This document shows positions 1-9,607 of a DNA stretch of 64,000 bases, one piece after another. The stretch's first letter is position 1. The number at the start of each line of letters is the position of its first letter. This DNA comes from a virus: IMG/VR virus record IMGVR_UViG_3300045988_135716, positions 117,096 to 181,095 of that record; one strand, 5' to 3'. Position numbers and translations under genes: made by a program. The notes under the pieces were generated by a model. That model saw only the letters and a program-made list of their open reading frames with translations. It made no database searches and was not told the origin of the DNA.

Positions 1-996
1 GATGACTATCTTGGAGAACTAGAAGCAAATGGTGTAAATCTTGAGAATATTTATATTGTATATACACAATCTCTTGGTGAAGTAAGACAGTATATTGCAA
101 AAGTAAAAAATGGTGAAGATTTTTATGAATTAGACGATGATGGAATGGAAACAGATAATGTAGTTCTTGATGCTGACGGAGAACCATTTAGAGCAGATGC
201 AATTGTTGTAGATGGAACTACAATCCTTAATCTTACAGCAAAACAAGGACTTGTTGAATTTTCTAAGAAAAGAAATAAAGTTAAAGCAGATAAAGATGGA
301 CTTGTTGGAGATGCCAGACTGGTAAAAATTGAAGGTGCAGGAATGGAGCTGAAAGATTATCAGACAATTAATTTCAAAGGACAGGATTTAATCCTTGATC
401 TTATGGCTTCTGGTGTTCATTATATTGTGACTGCTAGAGAAACAGATGAAAAGCAAACAATTAAACAGGCAGATGGAACAACAATGAGTGTTGTAACGGG
501 CAAGAAAATTCCAGACGGATTTAAAGGTATGGCGTATAATACTAAAACTGAAATTCGTATGTTTAGAAACGAAGATGGAACTGTATGCGCACATATCAAA
601 AAAGATAGAACCCATACACATGCAGATAATTCTATTGTAGAAGATCCAACATTACTTGATTGGCAGTCCGTAATTGATAAAACAGCAGATAAAAAATCAT
701 TTGTCGTTAAAAATGACTTAACAAAAGCAGTTGATGTAGAACAAGATATTTATAGCAAAGAAATTCTTGGAAAAGTTGGTGAACCAGATATGTCTGAATC
801 AGACAATAATGTATCTAGTTCAGTAAGCACTGATGTAGAAGTTCTTAAAAAAGAAATTATTGCTAGAAGAAATACACTTCCACCCACTGAAAAGAAAGCA
901 ATGAAAGAAAAACTTGAAGCAGCAGGTCTTCCTACAGCATACAAAAATGTTACTGATGTTGAGATTCTAAAAAAAGTATTAGAAATGTTTGAGTAA
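1..996 (+). CDS. early protein, N-terminus outside the window (possible RecA/AAA-like recombination ATPase tail; function uncertain)
   Basis: Frame 1 is open from nt 1 into the listed ORF 145..996 and ends at a TAA stop at 994-996. No diagnostic motif is visible in the part present. Confidence 0.45.
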   Translation, partial: DDYLGELEANGVNLENIYIVYTQSLGEVRQYIAKVKNGEDFYELDDDGMETDNVVLDADGEPFRADAIVVDGTTILNLTAKQGLVEFSKKRNKVKADKDGLVGDARLVKIEGAGMELKDYQTINFKGQDLILDLMASGVHYIVTARETDEKQTIKQADGTTMSVVTGKKIPDGFKGMAYNTKTEIRMFRNEDGTVCAHIKKDRTHTHADNSIVEDPTLLDWQSVIDKTADKKSFVVKNDLTKAVDVEQDIYSKEILGKVGEPDMSESDNNVSSSVSTDVEVLKKEIIARRNTLPPTEKKAMKEKLEAAGLPTAYKNVTDVEILKKVLEMFE

Positions 997-1051
997 TTAA
1001 AAAATATTCACTACCTGGTTATATTAACTGGGTAGTGTTTGAAGGTATTAT

Positions 1052-1936
1052 ATGAGAGCTAATTATAAAGATGTTATAAAAAAAAGAGCACCAAAATGTT
1101 TTTGTTGCAGAGAACAATTTGAACTTCATAGAGGACACAATGATGATAGTATTTTATTTTTCGACAATCATTTTTTTCATAAAAAATGTTTTGTTGAAAA
1201 GAATAAAATTGTTAGATTATGTCATGAATGTAAACAAGAAATAGAATTAATTGAAAATAGTGATAATATTGTCCGTTACGATGGAAGATTTTATCATAAA
1301 GATTGTTTTATACAATGGTGTAATGGAACAAAGCACCGTAGTCAAAAAAGACAATTTGCTCTAAAAAATATTGATGAATATGTAAAAAATGCAAATTCTG
1401 AAATAGATATACTATTAAAACAAAAGTATATTGACAGTAAGCATTTAGATAAATTAGCGAATAGAGCGTGTGAAAAAATTCAGCAAATATTTGATGAAAC
1501 GGATTTAAATGCATTTTTACGAGAAGAATATGGTTCAAATATCTTGGGTAGTAAGAGTACATTCTGGGTGAACTATCTTGCTCCAATTTTAAAAGGAACA
1601 CAAAATAGCCAAATTATTATCCCAGCAAGTGATTTGTTATATATGTGGAAAAAAAAATTAGATTACTTACACAAACAAAATGAAAGACTTAAATCAAAAC
1701 ACCCAGATCAAATATTTCAACCAATACATATTGCATCATATGATTTGGCAATTCTTGTAAATAAATATGATAGTTATTTACGTTGGAAAGAAAAACAAAA
1801 AATACTTGAATCTGAAAAAGAAATAGAGAAATCACAAAATATTGTTAGTAAATCAATCGGTTATACAAATGTAGAAAAAGGCAATTCTAATAATACAGAT
1901 AATATTTCAGATTTAGTGGATGATATTTTTGGATAA
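1052..1936 (+). CDS. Cys/His-rich hypothetical protein
   Basis: ATG ORF of 294 aa. It has N-terminal CxxC/HxxC-type clusters (CFCC..H..H, CHEC..HKDC..WC) and sits in the early operon. Confidence 0.5.
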   Translation: MRANYKDVIKKRAPKCFCCREQFELHRGHNDDSILFFDNHFFHKKCFVEKNKIVRLCHECKQEIELIENSDNIVRYDGRFYHKDCFIQWCNGTKHRSQKRQFALKNIDEYVKNANSEIDILLKQKYIDSKHLDKLANRACEKIQQIFDETDLNAFLREEYGSNILGSKSTFWVNYLAPILKGTQNSQIIIPASDLLYMWKKKLDYLHKQNERLKSKHPDQIFQPIHIASYDLAILVNKYDSYLRWKEKQKILESEKEIEKSQNIVSKSIGYTNVEKGNSNNTDNISDLVDDIFG

Positions 1937-1948
1937 GGAGTTAGCATA

Positions 1949-3499
1949 TTGGAAAATGAACATGAGTTAAGAGATTGTAATATTCAGAGTGAAATATGTT
2001 TCGTTGGTGCGCTTCTTCGTTCTCCAGACTTAGTTGTAAACTATAGTAATTTTATGAGAAGCAAATATGATTTCTCGGATCAAGCAACAAAGTTTTTCTA
2101 TGATAGCTTTGAAACATATTATCTTACATTTTCGCAAACTGTAGACGAAACAAAAATGAATGTTTTTATGAGTCAAAATGAGGAAAGACTAAAACTTTAT
2201 AAACAATATAAAGGTTGGAAAACACTTCAACGTTATATGACTCTTGCAGATGAAAATGATGTAAAAAATTATTTTGATACTGTAAAGAAATATTCATTAG
2301 TAAGAGAATATGGAAGAAATGGATTTCCAGTTGAAAAAATATTATCTCATAAAAACTTTGATAAAATGTCTCCGAATGACATTTATAGAATTATCCGCAC
2401 AAAAGCAGATAAAATAAATACAGTAATTAATGCTGGTGAAGAAGCAGTAGAACTTACTGATAAAAACTCATCTCAAATTGATAAATATCTTGAAAAACCA
2501 AATTTCGGTTTACCTTTCCCTTGGTATATGTATAATGAATATTTTCTTGGTCTTAGAGAAACAAAAGTATTATTTGAAGGATTTCTTTCAAATGAGGGTA
2601 AAACCAGAAAGCTTGTGTTACTAGCGGCATATGTTGCGCTTGTTCAAAATGAAAATTTCTTTCTTATGAGCAACGAAATGGACGAAGAAGATCTTAGAAG
2701 TTGTTTGATTACGACTGTTATCAATAATAAAGAATTTCAAGATTTACATGGTGTATACATAAATAAGCCAGAAAAAGAAATTGTATTAGGTGTTTACCAT
2801 GATAAAAAAGGTAACATTTTACGAAGAAAAATTGATGATAGTGGTGTATACATAGAAAGTAATGAAGATTATATTCAAAGAATTAAAGATACATCAGAAG
2901 AATACTGGAATGTAAAAAAAATTACAGACTGGATTGATTCTCATGAAAAAGGTAAGGTCATGTTCAAAGATGTTGGAGATGATTATAGTCCTGAAAGAAT
3001 TGAATTTGAATTGCGAAAAGCAAAAATGGTTCAGAATATCAAATACTATGGATATGATACCCTTAAAGGTTATAACACTGATGATTGGTCACAAATTAAG
3101 CAGTTTGCAACAAAACTCAAAGAACTTACAAAAGAGCTTCGTATGAGTGGATTTGCTGTATTTCAGCTTAGTGACGATACAGTATTTACTGATATTTTTA
3201 GCTTGAGTAGTAATAATATTGCAAATGCAAAACAGATCAAGCACGTTGCAGATATTTTAAATATTGGTAAAAAACTTTCAAAGGAAGAATATCACAAATA
3301 TCAAGTTGTTTTAGAAGTTGATTCTTGGGGTGAACCAATTACAGAAGACTTAGACCTAAGTAAACAGTATTTTTGTATTAAGGTGGATAAAAACAGAGCA
3401 GGTAGTAAAGACAAGATTATGTTATTTGAAATTAATCTAAACTTTAATACTTGGGTAAATATAGGATATATCATAAAGAAACAGAGAAATAATGATTAG
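1949..3499 (+). CDS. DnaB-family replicative helicase-like protein
   Basis: TTG start just after GGAG. The N-terminus is DnaB-like (SEICFVGALLRSPDL). A P-loop-like GFLSNEGKT and RecA-type C-terminal motifs (VFQLSDD, KNRAGSK) are present, although the P-loop spacing is atypical. Confidence 0.6.
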   Translation: MENEHELRDCNIQSEICFVGALLRSPDLVVNYSNFMRSKYDFSDQATKFFYDSFETYYLTFSQTVDETKMNVFMSQNEERLKLYKQYKGWKTLQRYMTLADENDVKNYFDTVKKYSLVREYGRNGFPVEKILSHKNFDKMSPNDIYRIIRTKADKINTVINAGEEAVELTDKNSSQIDKYLEKPNFGLPFPWYMYNEYFLGLRETKVLFEGFLSNEGKTRKLVLLAAYVALVQNENFFLMSNEMDEEDLRSCLITTVINNKEFQDLHGVYINKPEKEIVLGVYHDKKGNILRRKIDDSGVYIESNEDYIQRIKDTSEEYWNVKKITDWIDSHEKGKVMFKDVGDDYSPERIEFELRKAKMVQNIKYYGYDTLKGYNTDDWSQIKQFATKLKELTKELRMSGFAVFQLSDDTVFTDIFSLSSNNIANAKQIKHVADILNIGKKLSKEEYHKYQVVLEVDSWGEPITEDLDLSKQYFCIKVDKNRAGSKDKIMLFEINLNFNTWVNIGYIIKKQRNND

Positions 3500-4543
3500 T
3501 TGGAGGGTGGCAGCTTGGATGTACGAGAATTAAAAAATTATATATTTGAAAATAATTATTCGGAGCAAATATTGGAATCTCTTGGTTGCCACCATATCAA
3601 GTATCATTCAGCAGGAGCATATTGGACAGCGGGCAATCCAGACGGAGATAATAAAGGTGCAATTATTCTATACAATAATGAATCACTTATTTGCTTAAAT
3701 AAAACACGACAAATGATTAAGGTTAATAGGCAAACAGATTTAATTGATTTAGTTTGCTATGTTAAGAATCTTACATTTCCAGAAGGATTAAAAGAAATAT
3801 GTTCAGAAATAGGTATGTCTTATTATCATGATTTTAATGAAGATGTACCAGATAGTTTTAAAATACTGAAAATGTTAGAAGATATGGATTCTAGTATATC
3901 AGAAGAAAGAGAAAAACCATTAGCCCCAATTTCAGAAGATATTCTTTTATATTATAAACCATATGTAAATGATTTATTTTATGAAGATCACATAGATTAC
4001 CAAACTCAAAAAGAATTTGAAATTGGATTTGATGAAGAAAGTAATAGATATACAGTTCCAATTCGTTCAGAGATTGGGGATTTAGTTGGAGTTAAAGCAA
4101 GATACTTTGATAGAAAAGTTCCTGATGGAATGAATAAATACATTTATTTAGAACCATGTGCAAAATCAAAAATTATATATGGATTGAATAAAACACTTCC
4201 ATATATAAAAAGAACAGGACGTATTTATGTAGGAGAAGCAGAGAAGTTTGTTCTTGAGCTGTGGAGTCATGGAGTGAGAAATACAGGTGGTACAGGTGGA
4301 AAAGAATTATCTCAATATCAAATAGATATGTTAATACGGCTTGGAGTAGAAGTTATATTTTGTTTTGATGAAGATGTAACAAAAGAAGAACTTGAATTAT
4401 TAGCAGAAAGGTTCCCGAATGGTATGCCTTTGTACTATATGTTTGATGAAGAAAAAAAACTTTTACATGAGCATGAATCACCGTCTGATAATCCTGAAAT
4501 TTGGGACTATATGGTAGAACATAATATATATAAACTTAGATAA
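3500..4543 (+). CDS. DNA primase (TOPRIM, DnaG-like)
   Basis: TOPRIM Glu (YVGEAEKF) and a DxD-type acidic motif (FCFDEDV) are present. It follows the helicase gene. The start is TTG 3500 or TTG 3515, which lies after GGAGGGTGG. Confidence 0.65.
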   Translation: MEGGSLDVRELKNYIFENNYSEQILESLGCHHIKYHSAGAYWTAGNPDGDNKGAIILYNNESLICLNKTRQMIKVNRQTDLIDLVCYVKNLTFPEGLKEICSEIGMSYYHDFNEDVPDSFKILKMLEDMDSSISEEREKPLAPISEDILLYYKPYVNDLFYEDHIDYQTQKEFEIGFDEESNRYTVPIRSEIGDLVGVKARYFDRKVPDGMNKYIYLEPCAKSKIIYGLNKTLPYIKRTGRIYVGEAEKFVLELWSHGVRNTGGTGGKELSQYQIDMLIRLGVEVIFCFDEDVTKEELELLAERFPNGMPLYYMFDEEKKLLHEHESPSDNPEIWDYMVEHNIYKLR

Positions 4544-4555
4544 GAGGGTGTATAT

Positions 4556-6328
4556 TTGAAATATAGATTGTACGAAAACAGTAAAAATGATACTTCTAAT
4601 GTATTAAAAGAAGTTTTAAAAAACAGAGGAATTGACAATTACTATGAATATTTAAATTTAAAAAGTGATGTAGTTATTCCGTATTCCAGGTTAGACAATA
4701 TAGACAAAGCAGTTAATTTATTTATGAAACATTTTGAAAATAGAAATAAAATAGAGATATTAGTTGACTCTGATCCAGATGGTTATTGTTCCGCTGCAAT
4801 GATATATTCATACATAAAACAATTGGATAATAGTTATCCAGTGGGATATATATTACACACAAGGGCAAAATCTCATGTGCTTGATGATGATGTTGCAGTT
4901 TCAGAAGATACAAAATTACTTATTATTCCAGATGCAGGAACAAATGACGTAATACAATGTAAGACTTTAAATGAAAATGGGATTGATATTTTAATCCTTG
5001 ATCACCATGAATCAGAAGAAAAAAATCCATACGCATTAATTGTAAACAATCAGATGAGTGCTAATTATACTAATAAGAGTTTTTGCGGAGCAGGTATTGT
5101 TTATAAATTTTTACAAGCATTAGATTCTGAAACTTGGAATGAATTTGCTGATGATTATTTGGATTTATGTGCTTTAGCAAATATTAGTGATGTTATGGAT
5201 ATGAGGTCATTTGAAACACGATACTTAACAGATGTGGGACTGTCAAATATTACAAACAAATGTTTTCAGTCACTTATTAAATCACAAGATTATAGTATAA
5301 ATGACAAAATCAATATTCACAATATTCAGTGGTATATTACACCAATTCTAAATGGAATGATTCGCATTGGTTCATTCAAAGACAAAGAACTATTATTTAA
5401 AGCATTTATCGAGCAAGATGAAGTCTTTGAATATAAGAAACGTGCTACAAAAAATAAACCTATGGAGACTATTCAAGAGAATATTTACGATAGGGCTGCA
5501 AGGTTATGTAAAAATGCAAAGTCAAGACAAGACAAATTAAAAGAAAAAGGTGTAAAAATTATCTCCGAAATTGCAAGCCAATTACCAGATACAGATAAAG
5601 TAATTATGCTTGATACAACAGAATATCTTGACGGTGGGCTAACTGGTGTAACTGCTATTAAAATTGCAGAACAATATAATAAACCATGTATTTTGCTAAA
5701 AAAATATTATGATAAAAAAACAAATAGTACGGTATATGGTGGAAGTGCAAGAAACGTAAACCATAGTCCTATTGATAGTTTTAAAGATATTGTTAATTCA
5801 ACAGAAATTATTCACGGCAAAGGACATCCAAATGCGTTTGGTATAGTAGATTTGTCACTAGATAATATTGAAAACGCCTTGAAGCAGCTAAATACACTTC
5901 TTAAAGATATTGAATATGATTCTACATATAAAGTTGATTTTATCTTAGACATAAATCATGTCACAATTCCATTAATTATAGAATTATCAAAATTTGAAAA
6001 TATTGTTGGTCAAGGAATTGAAGAACCGATAATTGCGGTAGAGAATATTTCATTAACAAGAAATAGTTTTGAAGTATTTGGCAAAAATGAAGATACAATA
6101 AGCTTTATGATTAATGGTATAAAATATATTCAGTTTAAATGTAAAGAAGGAAATAGATTATATGATTTTTTACAAAATGCATGGGACAACAATGATGTAA
6201 TTTTCTTTACAATAGTTGGAAAACCAACAATTAATGAATATAACGGTATTAGAACACCACAAATTATTATCGAAGATGTAAATGTAATTGATACAATTAG
6301 TCAAGATGATAGTGGTGATGACTGGTAG
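4556..6328 (+). CDS. DHH/DHHA1 phosphoesterase (RecJ-like ssDNA exonuclease)
   Basis: Contains the motifs DSDPDGYCS, IPDAGTND, ILDHH and GKGHPNAFG. Confidence 0.75.
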   Translation: MKYRLYENSKNDTSNVLKEVLKNRGIDNYYEYLNLKSDVVIPYSRLDNIDKAVNLFMKHFENRNKIEILVDSDPDGYCSAAMIYSYIKQLDNSYPVGYILHTRAKSHVLDDDVAVSEDTKLLIIPDAGTNDVIQCKTLNENGIDILILDHHESEEKNPYALIVNNQMSANYTNKSFCGAGIVYKFLQALDSETWNEFADDYLDLCALANISDVMDMRSFETRYLTDVGLSNITNKCFQSLIKSQDYSINDKINIHNIQWYITPILNGMIRIGSFKDKELLFKAFIEQDEVFEYKKRATKNKPMETIQENIYDRAARLCKNAKSRQDKLKEKGVKIISEIASQLPDTDKVIMLDTTEYLDGGLTGVTAIKIAEQYNKPCILLKKYYDKKTNSTVYGGSARNVNHSPIDSFKDIVNSTEIIHGKGHPNAFGIVDLSLDNIENALKQLNTLLKDIEYDSTYKVDFILDINHVTIPLIIELSKFENIVGQGIEEPIIAVENISLTRNSFEVFGKNEDTISFMINGIKYIQFKCKEGNRLYDFLQNAWDNNDVIFFTIVGKPTINEYNGIRTPQIIIEDVNVIDTISQDDSGDDW

Positions 6329-6337
6329 GAGAAAAAT

Positions 6338-9300
6338 ATGTATAGTGCATTACACAATCATGATTATTATTCACTTCTTGATGGATATGGAAGTCCAAAG
6401 GAAATGCTTGATAGAGCAAAAGAAATAGGATTAAAAGCATATGCAATTACAAATCATGGAAATGCTTATGCATTCATTTACTATGATCTTATTAAAAAAG
6501 AATATCCTGATATTAAGATGATTTATGGATGTGAGTTATATGAATGCGAAGACATTACAATTAAAAACAAAGAAAGTAAATATTTTCATTTAATTTGTCT
6601 TATTAGAAATGAACAGGGAAGAAAAGATTTAAATAAAGTTATTACAAAAAGTAATTTTGAAGGATTTTACTTCAAGCCAAGATGTGCAATTGAAGATTTA
6701 AAGCCTTATGCAGAAAATTTTGTTATTTCATCTGCTTGTTTAGCAAGTAAATTAGCAAGAGAATCAGATTTTAAAAAGTGTATTGAATATGTGAATGAAT
6801 ATAAATCTATTTTCCCACATTTCTATCTTGAGATGCAATCTCATAGTCATCAGGATCAGTGTTTATATAACCAAAAAATCTTAGAATTATCAAAAATCAC
6901 AAATACCCCATTTATTATTACAACTGATAGTCATGCTCCAAGAAAAGAAGATTTATATTATCAGGATAAACTTATCCAAATTGGTAGAAAAAGTACAAAT
7001 AATGATAAAAATGCTATTGAAAATAGCGAAATCTATGAAGGTTGTTATATACAGACCGAAGAAGAAATTCATGAATGTATGGATGATCAAATCGGGTATG
7101 AAAATGTTTGCATTGGATTAGAAAATACAAATAAGGTGGCAGATTTAATTGAAGAAGTTAATATGCCGTTTCAAAAACCTCAACTACCAACATTTCCGCT
7201 ACCAGACGGTTATAAGGACAATAATGAATTTTTATGGCATTTGATAAAACAAGGATGGAAAGATAGAGGATATGATAAGTTAGATAAAGAATCACAACAA
7301 ATAAGAAAGAACAGGCTTAACTATGAAATGAGTGTTATTCATTCAATGGGATTTGACGGATATTTCTTGTTTGTGTGGGATTTTATCAAAGCTGCTGAAA
7401 ATTTAGGAATTGAAGTTGGCAAAGGTAGGGGTAGTGCCGCAGGCTCACTTGTATGTTATTGCTGTCATATTACAGATATTGATCCTATTAAATATGGATT
7501 AATTTTTGAGCGTTTCTTAAATCCAGAACGTGTCGGACTTCCAGATATAGATACAGATGTTGGTGATAGGGACGCAATTATCAAATATCTTGTAGATAAA
7601 TATGGAGAAGATAGAGTATGTCAGATTATCAACTATTCATATATTACTCCAACAGTAGCCATTACTGATGTAGGCAAAATTCTTGGATTCCCATATAACC
7701 AGATGCAAAAACTTTCTCAAAAATTTACATCTGATAAATGGGACGAATGCATGAAAACAAATCCTAAATTGCTTATAGATAATCCACAATATGCAGAACT
7801 GTTTGATATTGCGAAACATTTAAGTGGTCGTGTAAAAACAGTATCTATTCATGCTGGTGGTATTGGTATTGTTGATACATCTGTTAACGACTATATGCCA
7901 ATGAAAATTGGTACAAATGGTGAGCATGTAATCCAAGCAGATAAACACTATATTGAAGATATAGGTATTGTAAAATTTGACCTTTTAGGCGTAGCAACTC
8001 TTAATCTTGTGAAAGAGATTAAAGATGACTTACATTTAAATCCTTGGGACTATGATATTAACAATCCTGCGTTTGAAAATGATCGACTAACATATGAACT
8101 TCTAGCAAGTGGTAAAACAAATGGAGTATTCCAGGTTGAATCAGCAGGAATGAAAGACTTGCTTATTAGGTTAAAACCAAAATTAGAACAATTAGACTTT
8201 GAAGTTATTTCTGTTATTTTAGCACTGTATAGACCAGATAGTATGGGCGCACTTGATGAATATGTTGAGATGGCTACAGGAGGAAGTAGACCACCATCAA
8301 TTCATCCTGATATGGACGAAATTCTTAAAGATACAAATTACTGTATGATTTATCAGGAGCAATTACTTGATATTGTAAAAAAGTTTGGTGGAAGAACATA
8401 TGGTGGTGCGGATTTGTTCCGTAAGGCAATTGGAAAGAAGATTGTAGAATTAGTTAAAAAAGAGTCTGAAATTCTTAGAAATGAAATAGTTGACAATGGC
8501 TATTCAAAAGAAATTGCTAATAAAATTGCAGATGAACTTTCTTCTAAAGGAGGTTATCTTTTCAACAAAAGTCATTCATATAGCTATGCGGTACTTTGTT
8601 TTGAAACTGCATGGTTCAAAGCTCACTATCCTACATATTTTTTCAAGGCATTATTTAACCAAAACAAAGATAAAGCAGGCGCAATCAACAAATATATTCT
8701 TGATGCAAAATATTTTAAAGTAAGTGTTAAACCACCGAATATAAATCATTCTGGTATGAATTTTACAGTAGATAATGGACAAGTATTATTTGGGTTATCT
8801 GCAATTAGTGGCATTGGAGAATCACTTTCTAAGCAGATCATTGAAGAAAGAGAGAATAATGGTATATATAAATCATTTAATGATTTGGTAACAAGACTTT
8901 CTTTAGGCAAAGCTTCTGTTATTGCGTTAATTAAATCTGGTGCGATTCCATGTAAAAATAAAAAAGAAAAACTTGTATCATATTTAAAATCACAATATCA
9001 ACCACTTAAATTTTCAGAAGTACAATCTTTACCTACATATAAAAAACTTGAAGAAGATTGGGGAATTAATTTACAAGACTATATTATTTCTACATCTGGA
9101 AAAAGAATAGTATACGATAAAGATGCGTTACTTATTAAATATAACAAGTTAAAAAAAGAACAATTTAATGATAGTCAGGAAATTAGATTTCAAAAATATA
9201 TTGATGAGAATAAGAAATATCTTGAAGATGAACAGTTTTGGGAATTTCAGACATTGCAAGTCTTTATTAATGACAATCCATTTGATGCAGCGTATAAATT

Positions 9301-9607
9301 TTTGACACCATTTGAAGATATTATTGATGGAGAGAAATGTACATTAGTTGGTATTATTGCAAAAGTGCAAAAAAAGAAAGACAAAAATGGTAAACAATTT
9401 GCATATATCAATATATATTCAAGTTTTGGGCTAGTAGAAGGAATTGTTTGGCATAATCAATTAAAAGAATATGAAGATATTGTAAAAAAAGGACAACAGG
9501 TGGCGATTCTTTGTAAGAAAGATAGTGAAGAAAAAGTAGTTGTAGAGAAATTAAAACCATACAACAAATGGTTAGAATATGTGAGAAAACAAGGGGTGAA
9601 AGTATAA
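6338..9607 (+). CDS. dnaE: DNA polymerase III alpha subunit (DnaE-type)
   Basis: 1089 aa. It has a PHP N-terminus (LHNHDYYSLLDG), GRGSAAGSLVCY and PDIDTD in the palm, and HhH and OB-like C-terminal parts. Confidence 0.9.
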   Translation: MYSALHNHDYYSLLDGYGSPKEMLDRAKEIGLKAYAITNHGNAYAFIYYDLIKKEYPDIKMIYGCELYECEDITIKNKESKYFHLICLIRNEQGRKDLNKVITKSNFEGFYFKPRCAIEDLKPYAENFVISSACLASKLARESDFKKCIEYVNEYKSIFPHFYLEMQSHSHQDQCLYNQKILELSKITNTPFIITTDSHAPRKEDLYYQDKLIQIGRKSTNNDKNAIENSEIYEGCYIQTEEEIHECMDDQIGYENVCIGLENTNKVADLIEEVNMPFQKPQLPTFPLPDGYKDNNEFLWHLIKQGWKDRGYDKLDKESQQIRKNRLNYEMSVIHSMGFDGYFLFVWDFIKAAENLGIEVGKGRGSAAGSLVCYCCHITDIDPIKYGLIFERFLNPERVGLPDIDTDVGDRDAIIKYLVDKYGEDRVCQIINYSYITPTVAITDVGKILGFPYNQMQKLSQKFTSDKWDECMKTNPKLLIDNPQYAELFDIAKHLSGRVKTVSIHAGGIGIVDTSVNDYMPMKIGTNGEHVIQADKHYIEDIGIVKFDLLGVATLNLVKEIKDDLHLNPWDYDINNPAFENDRLTYELLASGKTNGVFQVESAGMKDLLIRLKPKLEQLDFEVISVILALYRPDSMGALDEYVEMATGGSRPPSIHPDMDEILKDTNYCMIYQEQLLDIVKKFGGRTYGGADLFRKAIGKKIVELVKKESEILRNEIVDNGYSKEIANKIADELSSKGGYLFNKSHSYSYAVLCFETAWFKAHYPTYFFKALFNQNKDKAGAINKYILDAKYFKVSVKPPNINHSGMNFTVDNGQVLFGLSAISGIGESLSKQIIEERENNGIYKSFNDLVTRLSLGKASVIALIKSGAIPCKNKKEKLVSYLKSQYQPLKFSEVQSLPTYKKLEEDWGINLQDYIISTSGKRIVYDKDALLIKYNKLKKEQFNDSQEIRFQKYIDENKKYLEDEQFWEFQTLQVFINDNPFDAAYKFLTPFEDIIDGEKCTLVGIIAKVQKKKDKNGKQFAYINIYSSFGLVEGIVWHNQLKEYEDIVKKGQQVAILCKKDSEEKVVVEKLKPYNKWLEYVRKQGVKV